Shown here one piece after another: positions 19,101 to 29,140 of a stretch of 64,000 bases of DNA. The DNA comes from a virus. Every line of letters begins with the position of its first letter. Position 1 is the stretch's first letter. The notes under the pieces were generated by a model that did no database searches, was not told where the DNA came from, and worked only from the letters and a program-made list of their open reading frames with translations. Location: IMG/VR virus record IMGVR_UViG_3300042868_010004, positions 127,123 through 191,122 of that record; one strand, written 5' to 3'. The translations under genes were made by a program, and so were the position numbers.

Positions 19101-19732
19101 AAAACGGAAGAAAACAAAATAAGACCATGACAGATAAGGAGCGGATTTTTGCCAATATCATCAATCAGCTATCATTCACCCAAATGCTCTGTCATGGTGG
19201 TGATGGCTACCGTTCTGAAACCTATCGGGACGGGCGGGGTCGAGAGTATGTCCATTTCGCCAATTCCGAAAAGCCAGTTGTTGGCGATTTGGTTCTGGCC
19301 AAGACAGGTTTTGTCTCTGAATGGAAAATCGGTTTCTATCACCAAGAGCTGTGTGATGGTGCGGTCATCCGAGAGATTGGAACGGGCCGACTCTGTAATT
19401 ATACAAATGAGAGTTTCGTCCCGATTCGCGGGATGAGCAGAATTGATTTGCTGGAAGGCGAGGAATATCAATTCTATCGGAGGGTGCTGTTGGCGTTTGG
19501 CAAGGGTCGGGAATACAATTATAGATTCTCAAATATTGTTTTCCATGAGGGCGGCTTGGTTAGCGTTTTCGTTCGGGAAGCGTTTGGTGGATTCCGGAGA
19601 GATTGCGAATCTATTCCGTTTGAAATCAAGTTTGAGTGGAATAAAAAGATGACCGTTAAGAGAATTTTGGAGGTTCTGAGAGAGGGCGGGTATGGGACGA
19701 AAGAGTTTGAGACGAAGGAGATTGAAAAATGA
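19097..19732 (+). CDS. hypothetical protein
   Basis: ATGA overlaps, 211 aa. Confidence 0.7.
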   Translation: MKNGRKQNKTMTDKERIFANIINQLSFTQMLCHGGDGYRSETYRDGRGREYVHFANSEKPVVGDLVLAKTGFVSEWKIGFYHQELCDGAVIREIGTGRLCNYTNESFVPIRGMSRIDLLEGEEYQFYRRVLLAFGKGREYNYRFSNIVFHEGGLVSVFVREAFGGFRRDCESIPFEIKFEWNKKMTVKRILEVLREGGYGTKEFETKEIEK

Positions 19733-20010
19733 AAGAAGAATACCGACTAGCCTATTTTGAATTAAAGAAAATCCTTGAAAATCCACTATCCACGGAAGAA
19801 GAATCTGATTTTGCTCAGGAAGCCATGGACAGATATTATAATACCTTTGACGGGTGGAAGTCGGCAGGGAGCTGTATCCAGAAGGGGGAGAAGGCAATTA
19901 AAGATGGCAACAGAGCCATTTTTCATTCCTCCCAGTTAAAACCGAATGATGGACAGTTGGAATACTGCATGAGGGATGAACTACTTGGGACTAATCATTT
20001 TGGAATTTAA
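19729..20010 (+). CDS. hypothetical protein
   Basis: ATGA overlap. Confidence 0.6.
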   Translation: MKEEYRLAYFELKKILENPLSTEEESDFAQEAMDRYYNTFDGWKSAGSCIQKGEKAIKDGNRAIFHSSQLKPNDGQLEYCMRDELLGTNHFGI

Positions 20011-20019
20011 TGCAATTTT

Positions 20020-20232
20020 ATGAAATTAACCGTATCAACAATAGTCGATCAGCGAACCGGACAAGACCAATACCAGTCCATTCAATACTCGAAAGTCATT
20101 GACGGCGGGGAAACAATTTACAAGATGCTGTGTTGGGCAACGAATGTCCATAAAAAGCACAGTATACACAAGCTGCCTGATGATTGGCTCGCCGACATTT
20201 GGGATATTCGGATTGGGAAGGTGGAGGATTGA
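20020..20232 (+). CDS. hypothetical protein
   Basis: Packed + strand ORF. Confidence 0.55.
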   Translation: MKLTVSTIVDQRTGQDQYQSIQYSKVIDGGETIYKMLCWATNVHKKHSIHKLPDDWLADIWDIRIGKVED

Positions 20233-20255
20233 GTGGGGACTGAAAACTTAATTAA

Positions 20256-21029
20256 ATGATTGATAATAAAAATATTACAGCGATATGGTATTCTGATTCA
20301 TCTCAACGCGCGATTAATGTGTGGTGGCCCGAGAAGGATTGCGCGCCTGATGGACCTCAGTCAATTGTCAGTCTGGCGAAAAAGGCAGGACTTAAGGAGG
20401 TGTATTTTGTGTCAACCCGTTTTTACGATATGATTGCGGCTTGGAAACTCTGCGAGGAGAACGACTTACAGTTGATTTTCGGGCTTGAAATGTGGGTGTG
20501 TAGCAATCCAGAAGACCATACCGAGGCGTCTATTGCGGACGAGTCCAAGGTAATTGTTTTTATGCGGAATGGTGACGGATATAAAGACCTGATAAAATTG
20601 TATTCTAAAGTTTATACGAACATAAAGAATAAATATTATAAATTCAGGGGCTCTTATAATATTCTGAAAGAGCACTGGACCGATAATCTTTTATTGTCCG
20701 TTCCATTCTTCGATTCGTTTCTGGCGAGGAATACTCTGAATTTCGGCAGTGCGATTGTTCCCGATTTTCCAACCCGCCCGATTTTCATGCAGGAGGTTAA
20801 TTCTGGTCTTCCGTTTGAACCCCTTATTAATGAAGCTCTTATGAATTTTACAAAGGGGGAATACGAAATTATGAAAACTAAGACGATTTACTATCCGGAT
20901 TATTCTGATAGTAAGGCATGGACGGTATTTAGAACCATTAAGGAGCGCAGTAGCTTTAATAAGCCCCAACTTGATTATTGCTGTTCAGAGAACTTTTGCC
21001 TGTCTGACTATTTGGAGGTAGCAAAATGA
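20256..21029 (+). CDS. stand-alone PHP domain of DNA polymerase III alpha (degenerate)
   Basis: SIVSLAKKAGLK..LIFGLEMW..VIVFMRNGDGYKDLIKL; metal-binding His absent. Confidence 0.75.
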   Translation: MIDNKNITAIWYSDSSQRAINVWWPEKDCAPDGPQSIVSLAKKAGLKEVYFVSTRFYDMIAAWKLCEENDLQLIFGLEMWVCSNPEDHTEASIADESKVIVFMRNGDGYKDLIKLYSKVYTNIKNKYYKFRGSYNILKEHWTDNLLLSVPFFDSFLARNTLNFGSAIVPDFPTRPIFMQEVNSGLPFEPLINEALMNFTKGEYEIMKTKTIYYPDYSDSKAWTVFRTIKERSSFNKPQLDYCCSENFCLSDYLEVAK

Positions 21030-21682
21030 TAGGATCAGACTTGCTTCGATATAAGAAAGATCAGCTTTTTGTATGCCCCGACATGGAGGCTAGTGGACTT
21101 AACCTTATTCATACGCTGCCATTTCAAATTGGTTATGTTACTTTTACTTTAGAAAAAAATCTAACCAAGCAGAGTCGTTATATTTGGTGGCCGCAGTTAC
21201 GTATGAGTGCGGACGCTGCTCGAATTACCCGATTTGATTATAATTTTTATAAAGAAAGGGCAGAAGACCCGAAGAAAGTATTGGAAGAGTTTGAAGATAT
21301 TCTCTACTCAAAATCTTATAAGTGTGTATCCCAGAACTGGTTAGGGTATGATTCCATGATTGTTAATGCTTGGCGGCGGGCACTCGGATTAAAACCCCGA
21401 TACGATTACCTCTACCAACCCTTTAAAGTTTACGATACTTTATGTTTGTCGCGGGCGATTAAAAAGGGTATTAAACCTGACGCAAGTTCTTCAAATGCTT
21501 TTCTGGCATGGAGTTACAAAATGCAGAGTATACATCAGAAGGGTTTAAAATGTTCTCTAGGGGCCATGGGCAAAGAGTTGGGGGTAGAATTTGATGCTGG
21601 GAATCTGCACGAGGCACTATCCGATGTTTTATTGAATGTTGAGGTTTTCAGAAAGCAGATCTGGCAGTTGGAATTGGTTTGA
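21026..21682 (+). CDS. DEDDh 3'-5' exonuclease (Pol III epsilon-like)
   Basis: DMEASGL, QNWLGYD, YDTL, HEALSD. Confidence 0.85.
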   Translation: MIGSDLLRYKKDQLFVCPDMEASGLNLIHTLPFQIGYVTFTLEKNLTKQSRYIWWPQLRMSADAARITRFDYNFYKERAEDPKKVLEEFEDILYSKSYKCVSQNWLGYDSMIVNAWRRALGLKPRYDYLYQPFKVYDTLCLSRAIKKGIKPDASSSNAFLAWSYKMQSIHQKGLKCSLGAMGKELGVEFDAGNLHEALSDVLLNVEVFRKQIWQLELV

Positions 21683-21707
21683 CAAGATAAAGGAAATCGG
21701 TTAATAA
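21679..21707 (+). promoter_or_regulatory. sigma70-like promoter
   Basis: TTGACA-N17-TAATAA. Confidence 0.45.
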
Positions 21708-21744
21708 GTAGAATCATAAAATTATAAAGATGGAGAATATTTAG

Positions 21745-23421
21745 ATGAGTGATATTTGGGATGGGGTTGAAATAAGTGTCAAGCAGGACGTTTCATCAGG
21801 AAGAGGTTCTTCTTGGTCTAAAGAAGATGAGAAATTCCTAAGAGATAACCATGATCTTCTTGGTAGAAAAGAATGCGCCAAAAAACTAGGGAGAACATTT
21901 TCGGCAGTTTGCTGTAAAGCTAAAAAGATGGGGTTAAACGTTGATACGAAAATAGATCAAGGGATTGTAGATTTTCTAAAAGAGAATTATTCCAAATTAG
22001 GTCCAGCTAAATGTGCCGAAATCTTGGGAATGCCTAAAAATAAAGTATATTCAATTGCTACATCCAGAAAAATACATGGTGGAAGAAACTTTGAATGGCA
22101 TGACTATGAAATTCAATATTTGAAAGACAACGTTTATAAAAAGAGTCTATATGAGATATCTTCCTTCTTACAAAGAACACAAAGTAGTATAAAAAATAAA
22201 CTTCACAAATTAGATATTTTAGAGGATAGAAAATGGAAAGATGAAGAAAATATTTTATTTAAAGAAATTTATAGTAAAAAAACTCTAGATGAATTGGTTG
22301 ATATCTTTAAAAGGACAAAATCCTCCTTACAGGGTCATGCATTCAAATTAGGAATTACTGATAAGAATAAAAATTGGTCTGATGAGGATGATTCGTTACT
22401 TAAAAAAATTTACCCAACTAAAGAAACTGGTTTTTGTGCAATTTTACTAAAAACAACACAAAGAGCAGTTGCTTCTAGAGCGTTTACACTAGGATTAGAA
22501 AAAGGTAAAATTGTTTACGAGCAGGATGATATGAAATCATGCTCAAAATGTAAACAATATATACCAATTAATAGCTATTTATTCCAAAATTCTAAGAATT
22601 TATATTCAGCGGCCTGCAAAGAATGTCAAAATAAAAAAGCTAAAAATAGGGGAATTACTTTCCCCCCAGAACAAGAGACAGAAATAAAAAGATTATTCTC
22701 TCTGGGTATGGGATCACCCGAAATCGCCGAAACGACAAAATTTAGTGGTAGATCTAAAATATCTCAGTTTTTAAAACAAAATGGACTCAGAAGGACATCG
22801 GCTTTTCGCTTCAAACAGAAATTTAAAGACAGAGTTGGTAAAAAATTTAATTTGTTAACCGTTTTAGACAGACATGTTGATGATAAGGGAAGGACTTCGT
22901 ATACTTGTTTATGCGATTGCGGGAACACAGCAGTGATCAAAGGAGACGGCGTTTTCTCTGGAAAAACCAGAAGTTGTGGTTGTCTTTTATCCAGAAAGGG
23001 TATTGATAACCCGAACTGGGGAGGTGCCGGGGAGATATCGGGTCAAGTATTTTCTTCAATTAGGGGTGGTGCGGCATCTAGAAATTTAGAATTTAATATA
23101 AGTGTCGAATATATTTGGGATTTATTTCTAAAACAAAATAGAAAATGTGCCATCTCTGGATTAGATTTATGTTTCGCTATAAATGACCAAGAAAAAACAG
23201 CCTCATTAGATAGAATTGATTCTAACCTTGGATATACCCAACAAAATATTCAATGGGTTCATAAATATGTGAATTTTCTCAAACGCGAAATACACGATAT
23301 TGATTTTTTTACTATTGTAAAACATGTTTATGAGTTTAAAAAATTGAATGAATATAGCCCAAGCGATTTATTAGAAGCGTTTAAACAAAGCCCCTATTTT
23401 TCTAGATTTAATAATGAATAA
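21745..23421 (+). mobile_element. free-standing HNH-like homing endonuclease with Myb-like repeats
   Basis: 4 W(S/H/K)xxE repeats, CSKC..CKEC, CLCDCGN..RSCGC, FNISVEY..KCAISG..SLDRIDSNLGY; AT-rich. Confidence 0.8.
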
Positions 23422-25999
23422 TTTCACTTCCAATTTCTCTAAATATACCATTGAAAATTATGGTTACATTCGCCTGCCCGAGATCCGAATTACCGATGAA
23501 CAGAAGAAAAATCTAAATCTTCCCGATGATGTTTCCAATCTAGAATTTTGCCGCGCACTCGCTAGACAAGGCTGGAAAGAGCGCTGCAAACATGTTAAGA
23601 AAGAAGATTATCCTAAGTATAAAGAACGCATTGAATACGAACTCGAAATTCTAAACGAGTTGGGATTCATTGATTACATGTTACTTGTTTGGATGGTTAT
23701 CAATAAAGCTCGTGAGTTAGGGGTTTTTATTGATTACGGGCGCGGATCAATCGGTGGCTGTTGTATTGCTTGGTTGTTGAAAATTACTGGGTTCCCCGTC
23801 GATCCAATTCGTCACGGCCTCTTCTTTGAACGCTTTGTAAGCAGGGCTCGTAATGGCAAGAAGATGATCGACGGTAAGTTGTTCTTAAAGGGTGACTTAC
23901 TGGCCGACGCAGACGTTAACCTAGGTAATGGCAGGGATTTACTAGTTGCTTGGCTCAAGGAAATTTATCCTAATTGTGTATCTAAGATTTCCAATATCTC
24001 TACATTTACCACTAAGATTCTCCTCAAGGACGTTTACAAATCTTTAGAAGAAGTTAACGAGGATGAGGCCCGTCGTGTGGCTGATATGATTGAAGTCCGA
24101 TTCGGGGTCGCTCAATCTATTGATGAAGCATATAAGGAAAGTAAGGAATTCAAACAGTGGGCGGATGAACACCCCGACACCGTTTCTGTTTGCAAAAGAC
24201 TATGCGAAACCATGCGCGGCACATCCAGTCACGCTTCCGGTTATCTCGTATCCTTTTATGAATTAACTGATTTGATCCCAATTGAGATTAATAAAGAGGG
24301 TGATATTGTCAGCTCGTATGATATGAAAATCGTCAGCAATTTTGCGACGAAATTAGACCTTCTTTCCCTCACCACAAATGCAATTATTAAACGAGTCGCC
24401 GATATTATCCCCGAGAAGATTGATGAGATTAATCTAGATGATGATCCATTTATTTATGAGAAATTTCAGGATAGTAAACTCCTACCTTATGGTCTTTATC
24501 AAATTTCGGCTGATTGCGCATATGGAGTAACAGAAGCGATTAAACCTAAAAATGTTAATGAGTTGAGTGACATTAATGCGCTGGCCCGGCCCGGAAGTTT
24601 GAGTTATGTAAATTCCTACAAAAACAATAATGCGGAGGCTGTTCATAAAGTATTCGAACCCATTCTATCCCAAACCCGTAATGTTCCGCTTTATCAAGAG
24701 CAGTTAATGAAAATGTCGGTGGCCATTGGATTTACAAATGAGGAAGCAGAGGTGATTCGTAAAATTGTAGGTAAGAAGGACTTGCAAAAAGTAAAGGAAT
24801 GGGAAAAGAAAATTTATGATAAGTGCGAGGAAAAGGGGTTTGATAAAACTGTAGCCGACGCGATTTGGAAGCTTCTAAACGAGTCAGCTTCGTATTCATT
24901 CAACAAGGCGCATTCTATCTCGACATCCTATCTATCCGCATTAACGGTATATTTGAAATATAAATATCCCTTGGAATGGTATTGGTCTTGTCTCGTTGGA
25001 ACAAAAGATTTGGCTAACCCCTTAGAAGAAATTACTGCGATTCAAAAAGAACTAGAAATTTTCGGTATTAAACTACTCCCTCCAGATATTATTAAGAGTG
25101 AGTATGATTATACCATGGAGAATGGGGGTATTCGAACGGGATTAAGCAGTGTTCGAAATCTTTCGGATGCCAATCTAGAGCGGTTAAAGTCTTTCAGGGC
25201 GACTGTTACTAATAAATTCGATCTCTTCCTAAGTATTCAGAATGCAAAGTTACCGCTAGGTGTTGTATCCTCTCTTATTCTAAGTGGCGGGTTCGACAGT
25301 GTTTCTAATTCAGGAAGAAATAAAACGTTACTCGATTTCGAAATATGGAATGAGCTGACACCCAGAGAATTACCCATCATTAACAATCTCGGCTCTCGCT
25401 TCAATTTTGACTTAATTGAGATTCTGAAACGGGCCTCCACCGACCTGAAGGACGAAAAAGGCAAACCGCTGATTAAAGAATCCCGCCTGAATACCCTCCG
25501 AACCAAGACTAAACCGTATATTTTAAAGTTCAAATATAATGAACGCTTCAGCGACCTAACGACTTATTTGGCCGAAAATCATTACCTCGGCTTCTCCTAC
25601 TCTCACACTCTGAAAGGCATTTACAGCAAACATATAAACAACCTTCTGAGCTTAAAAGAACTCCGAACCGCCCCGGACAGAAAGGAAAATTACATCTCCG
25701 TAGTTCAGATCGGAGAGGTCGAGAAGAGAACCAGTCGGAATAAAAAAGAGTATGTCCGGTATACTCTGAAAGACGATTCAGACAGTTTGACCGTTATGGA
25801 TTTCCAACTTGACAATCGGGGCGGAAAGAAGTTTTCTGAAGATATGATTTGCGTCTTTCATGTCTCAAAAAAGAAAACTGAAACTGGGGATTTCTTATAT
25901 TTTGTCTCTGACATCGTGGAGCAAGAAGTCCCGACCGTCTTGAAAACGAGTGTTGTGAGGAAAGAACTGGAAGACAAGCAAAGCAAGGAAAATAAATAA
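23414..25999 (+). CDS. dnaE: DNA polymerase III alpha (DnaE) core lacking PHP domain
   Basis: ERIEYEL..GFIDYML, GRGSIGG, FFERF, ADADV, SSHASG, KLDLL, LYQEQLM, YSFNKAH, C-terminal OB fold. Confidence 0.92.
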   Translation: MNNFTSNFSKYTIENYGYIRLPEIRITDEQKKNLNLPDDVSNLEFCRALARQGWKERCKHVKKEDYPKYKERIEYELEILNELGFIDYMLLVWMVINKARELGVFIDYGRGSIGGCCIAWLLKITGFPVDPIRHGLFFERFVSRARNGKKMIDGKLFLKGDLLADADVNLGNGRDLLVAWLKEIYPNCVSKISNISTFTTKILLKDVYKSLEEVNEDEARRVADMIEVRFGVAQSIDEAYKESKEFKQWADEHPDTVSVCKRLCETMRGTSSHASGYLVSFYELTDLIPIEINKEGDIVSSYDMKIVSNFATKLDLLSLTTNAIIKRVADIIPEKIDEINLDDDPFIYEKFQDSKLLPYGLYQISADCAYGVTEAIKPKNVNELSDINALARPGSLSYVNSYKNNNAEAVHKVFEPILSQTRNVPLYQEQLMKMSVAIGFTNEEAEVIRKIVGKKDLQKVKEWEKKIYDKCEEKGFDKTVADAIWKLLNESASYSFNKAHSISTSYLSALTVYLKYKYPLEWYWSCLVGTKDLANPLEEITAIQKELEIFGIKLLPPDIIKSEYDYTMENGGIRTGLSSVRNLSDANLERLKSFRATVTNKFDLFLSIQNAKLPLGVVSSLILSGGFDSVSNSGRNKTLLDFEIWNELTPRELPIINNLGSRFNFDLIEILKRASTDLKDEKGKPLIKESRLNTLRTKTKPYILKFKYNERFSDLTTYLAENHYLGFSYSHTLKGIYSKHINNLLSLKELRTAPDRKENYISVVQIGEVEKRTSRNKKEYVRYTLKDDSDSLTVMDFQLDNRGGKKFSEDMICVFHVSKKKTETGDFLYFVSDIVEQEVPTVLKTSVVRKELEDKQSKENK

Positions 26000-26002
26000 A
26001 TC

Positions 26003-26524
26003 ATGAGTGATAACCCGTTGTATAGTGATGTTAAAATTGATGGAAAGCCCTATCAGAAGGGCGACTACGCCAAATATGCCGTTTGGAACGATAAGGAAAT
26101 TAAAGGTTTCTTTGGTGAGAACCGATGGCTTTCTAATTTTTGGCCCGTAAATATTTTTGGCTTTCCATCGGTTGAAAACGCATATATGGCGGCGAAGATC
26201 GTTCTGGGCGACAGAGAGTATTTTAAGACCTGTTCCCCGACCGAGGCTAAGAAGAATTGGAGGAAGTTCAAACTTAAAGACGCCGCCCCGTCTGATTGGG
26301 ATGCGCGAAAATTTGATGTTATGAGTCGGTGTATTTTCGAGAAGTTTTTGGTAGATTTGGAATTACGCTCAAAATTGCTGAATACTAGAGACAAATATTT
26401 GGAGGAGTTAAATTTTTGGGGTGATACTTACTGGGGCGTAGATATTAAAAAGGGTGGGAAAAATAATCTTGGGAAAATACTTATGGGGGTCAGAGACTTC
26501 TGGAAGAATCAAAATAAGGTTTGA
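26003..26524 (+). CDS. NADAR (YbiA-like) protein
   Basis: WLSNFW, SVENAYMAAK, EKF..LRSKLL, ELNFWGDTYWG..GKNNLGKILMGVR. Confidence 0.9.
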   Translation: MSDNPLYSDVKIDGKPYQKGDYAKYAVWNDKEIKGFFGENRWLSNFWPVNIFGFPSVENAYMAAKIVLGDREYFKTCSPTEAKKNWRKFKLKDAAPSDWDARKFDVMSRCIFEKFLVDLELRSKLLNTRDKYLEELNFWGDTYWGVDIKKGGKNNLGKILMGVRDFWKNQNKV

Positions 26525-26550
26525 CAACTATGAGCGAATGCGAATAACTT
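26521..26550 (+). promoter_or_regulatory. sigma70-like promoter
   Basis: TTGACA-N18-TAACTT. Confidence 0.4.
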
Positions 26551-26578
26551 TCCGCCCGAGCGGAGCGAGTAAGGAAAT

Positions 26579-26752
26579 ATGAGAAATCCCAAAATAATTC
26601 ACCACAGAGACGGAACGCGCACTCTCATTTATACTGTCTCCCGCCTGACAAAGCCTTGGGCCTTCAAAGGAGCAGAATCTGCCATTCGTGCTTTGGCTGG
26701 GGATGCCATCAGAAAGACGGATAAAATTAAGATCAAAGGGAGTAAGTCATGA
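26579..26752 (+). CDS. hypothetical protein (57 aa)
   Basis: Manual translation MRNPKIIHHRDG..KGSKS*, ATGA overlap downstream. Confidence 0.5.
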   Translation: MRNPKIIHHRDGTRTLIYTVSRLTKPWAFKGAESAIRALAGDAIRKTDKIKIKGSKS

Positions 26753-26949
26753 AGAACCCGTATGTTTTAGGCCGAGAGGCCCAAGATAGGGACATTCCGG
26801 ACAATCTGAACCCCTACTGGAATGCATGGGAAAGAAAACAGAGGTATTCTTGGTCTTCCGGGTGGTTCGACCGAGATATGAAAATTTGGCGGCAATTCGG
26901 CTTAAAGTTTGACGAGTATGAGAAAATACGGCAGAAGATTGTCAAATAA
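26749..26949 (+). CDS. hypothetical protein
   Basis: Packed + strand ORF. Confidence 0.6.
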   Translation: MKNPYVLGREAQDRDIPDNLNPYWNAWERKQRYSWSSGWFDRDMKIWRQFGLKFDEYEKIRQKIVK

Positions 26950-26952
26950 CTT

Positions 26953-27198
26953 ATGATTGTCAAAATCCGAAATACAAAACCGTCTTGGCAAAAGCATGTC
27001 GGGACTTGGGTTGAACTCTTTGAGGAAAATTCCGATTGGGACGGCTCGCCGGAATTTATTCGTGCATATGTTGTTAAAATAACGGAGAAAGGCGTGTGGT
27101 TTAGCAGGCAGGAAGACTGGGCGAATGATAATATCTACTGGGTCGCATTTAAGAAAATAAAGGGCTATTGGAAATACGAAGGGGACTCTTCCGTATGA
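26953..27198 (+). CDS. hypothetical protein
   Basis: Packed + strand ORF. Confidence 0.6.
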   Translation: MIVKIRNTKPSWQKHVGTWVELFEENSDWDGSPEFIRAYVVKITEKGVWFSRQEDWANDNIYWVAFKKIKGYWKYEGDSSV

Positions 27199-27428
27199 AA
27201 TTCATTCATAGAGGTTGCAGTATTGATGTTCACCGGGAGAAATCCCTCGGAGGTTGGTCGGAAGTGTATTGGTCACTATTTAGTCCGAACGGTTATGAAA
27301 TCACCTCTGGTTTCGGCGGCGGGACAGTTCGAGAAATGGTCAGAGAAATGAGGGAAACCGCTGATGTTTTTCTTGACAAGTTCGAGGGAAATTCTCAGTC
27401 TTGGGATGTCTATCTAAGAGAAGGGTGA
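27195..27428 (+). CDS. hypothetical protein
   Basis: ATGA overlap. Confidence 0.6.
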   Translation: MKFIHRGCSIDVHREKSLGGWSEVYWSLFSPNGYEITSGFGGGTVREMVREMRETADVFLDKFEGNSQSWDVYLREG

Positions 27429-27431
27429 AAA

Positions 27432-27716
27432 ATGAAAGAAAAGCTAAACAAAAAATACTTCGAACTCATCTGTCATATTGAAAAACACTTAACCGAAGAG
27501 GATTCCGAGAGTTTTGCCGCATTTCTCTCGGAAATCTCCGCCCTTGAGACTCCGACTTCAACCCCGCGCTCCACTGAAATTCCGAAGGAGGTCCGAATTG
27601 GTGATGAATTTGAGGAATTTAAGCGATTTTTGGAATTATCCGAGAAGATGAGAATACCGCCGCCAGATAGTGACAATACCGTCTATGGCCCGCCCCCGTT
27701 TGGTTTTGATCGTTAA
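27432..27716 (+). CDS. hypothetical protein
   Basis: Packed + strand ORF. Confidence 0.6.
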   Translation: MKEKLNKKYFELICHIEKHLTEEDSESFAAFLSEISALETPTSTPRSTEIPKEVRIGDEFEEFKRFLELSEKMRIPPPDSDNTVYGPPPFGFDR

Positions 27717-27727
27717 AAAATAAAATT

Positions 27728-28090
27728 ATGAATAAGAATAGAGAAATTAAATTACGAGTTTGGTGTGTTCTAAATGGAATCGGAAGATTTTATACCCTCG
27801 CATTGGAAGAATATGGATCGTTCAATTTCGACATTCTTGATGACAAGCCCGTCTTTCAGGAGTGGACCGGGTTGAAAGATCGGAAAGGCAAAGAAATTTA
27901 TGAGGGCGATATCGTGAATACAAACGGCGGGAATCATGTAATCGAATGGCGCGGGGCGGGCTTTGCTTGCACTTGGAGCGATTACAATCTGGATTCCTGT
28001 TGGTTCATGGGTGGCGGGCCGGTTGTCGTCGGGAATATTTTTGAGAATGCGGAATTGGCAGACAGAGCACGGAAGGGGCCGACTAAATAA
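27728..28090 (+). CDS. YopX-family protein
   Basis: REIKLRVW, EWTGLKDRKGKEIYEGDIV, VVGNIFENAEL. Confidence 0.9.
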   Translation: MNKNREIKLRVWCVLNGIGRFYTLALEEYGSFNFDILDDKPVFQEWTGLKDRKGKEIYEGDIVNTNGGNHVIEWRGAGFACTWSDYNLDSCWFMGGGPVVVGNIFENAELADRARKGPTK

Positions 28091-28106
28091 TTTAAAATCA
28101 TTCGTT

Positions 28107-28385
28107 ATGAAATTAGAAGACCTACAAGAAATCTGTTGTTTTAAAAACCATTCTTTCTACCGTATTCCAGGCAGAAAAGATTTGACGTTTGTAAAACTCC
28201 CTGAAGGTGAGGATATATTAAGGGTTAAAATTTTTAATTATTTGAAGTCCGAAGGCTTTATGGATGGAATAGATAGGAAACTTTTTGGCGGGAGGGGGCA
28301 TGTTTTAGGTTTTAAATTTGAAAAACTTTCCGAAGTCTGGAAATACGAAAAGGACAAGCGGGATGATTTTCCGACTATTTTATGA
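28107..28385 (+). CDS. hypothetical protein
   Basis: ATG 28107 within ORF 27963..28385. Confidence 0.55.
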   Translation: MKLEDLQEICCFKNHSFYRIPGRKDLTFVKLPEGEDILRVKIFNYLKSEGFMDGIDRKLFGGRGHVLGFKFEKLSEVWKYEKDKRDDFPTIL

Positions 28386-28693
28386 ATTATAAAGAAGATA
28401 AGACGGAGATTAAGAGCATGAAAGAATATGTAGAACCGCTGGAAGTGAAAGTTACCAAAATCGGTAAGAAATGGCACTGCCGTCTTTTCAAGCTTGGAAA
28501 ACTCTTTGATGAATCCTCTTGTGAACAGCGGTCGGATATCAGTCGTTGCTGCCGAGATATGCTCCGATGGTATGACAAAATGGGGAATGAACCCTATTCG
28601 AAATGGGCTGATTGGTCACGGCATAATAATGAAGAGGGCTATCGACAGAACTATATGGAAACAGGTAAAATTGTAAATCATATCAAATCATGA
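28382..28693 (+). CDS. hypothetical protein
   Basis: ATGA overlaps. Confidence 0.65.
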   Translation: MNYKEDKTEIKSMKEYVEPLEVKVTKIGKKWHCRLFKLGKLFDESSCEQRSDISRCCRDMLRWYDKMGNEPYSKWADWSRHNNEEGYRQNYMETGKIVNHIKS

Positions 28694-28941
28694 GCAGACT
28701 AAAAGAAATACAGAAATTGTTAGTTTCGGATGATTCTGTCTATCGGTTGGCGAAATACCTTTGTAACGATCCGGACAGCCGCCGATTGGAAGTTTTCGGG
28801 AATCAGGTCTGGTTAATTAATCAGAAGAAGGGGCGGTCGGGCGCGATCCGAACTTGCATTTGGTCCCCGCAATTTGACGAACCGAGTATCCCGGAATATG
28901 ATTCTGAATTCGGAGAGGATTTAAGAGTATTTAAGAGATAA
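28690..28941 (+). CDS. hypothetical protein
   Basis: ATGA overlap. Confidence 0.6.
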   Translation: MSRLKEIQKLLVSDDSVYRLAKYLCNDPDSRRLEVFGNQVWLINQKKGRSGAIRTCIWSPQFDEPSIPEYDSEFGEDLRVFKR

Positions 28942-28945
28942 AATT

Positions 28946-29140
28946 ATGAAAAAATATACCAAATATTTTACACCTAAAAAAATTGCCGCTGGATTTATTT
29001 TTGTCGGAGGTTTTATTTCGGCAATGCATTTCTGGCAGGTGAGAGTAGAACAGGTAGGTCTTCTTGATTATCTTATCGGACTGGTAATTTATGCCCTATG
29101 TTCTGGCGTTTCGAAAGCAATGTCGGAGGACAAGGATTGA
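28946..29140 (+). CDS. small two-helix membrane protein
   Basis: Two hydrophobic segments. Confidence 0.65.
   Translation: MKKYTKYFTPKKIAAGFIFVGGFISAMHFWQVRVEQVGLLDYLIGLVIYALCSGVSKAMSEDKD

Noticed and set aside
12324-25999. Inteins in DnaB/DnaE/RecA
   Set aside because: Protein lengths are normal or short; no C..HN-(C/S/T) splice signatures or LAGLIDADG blocks seen.
26551-26564. Hairpin TCCGC-CCGA-GCGGA as ncRNA/terminator
   Set aside because: Only a 5-bp stem with no T-tract; plausible by chance.
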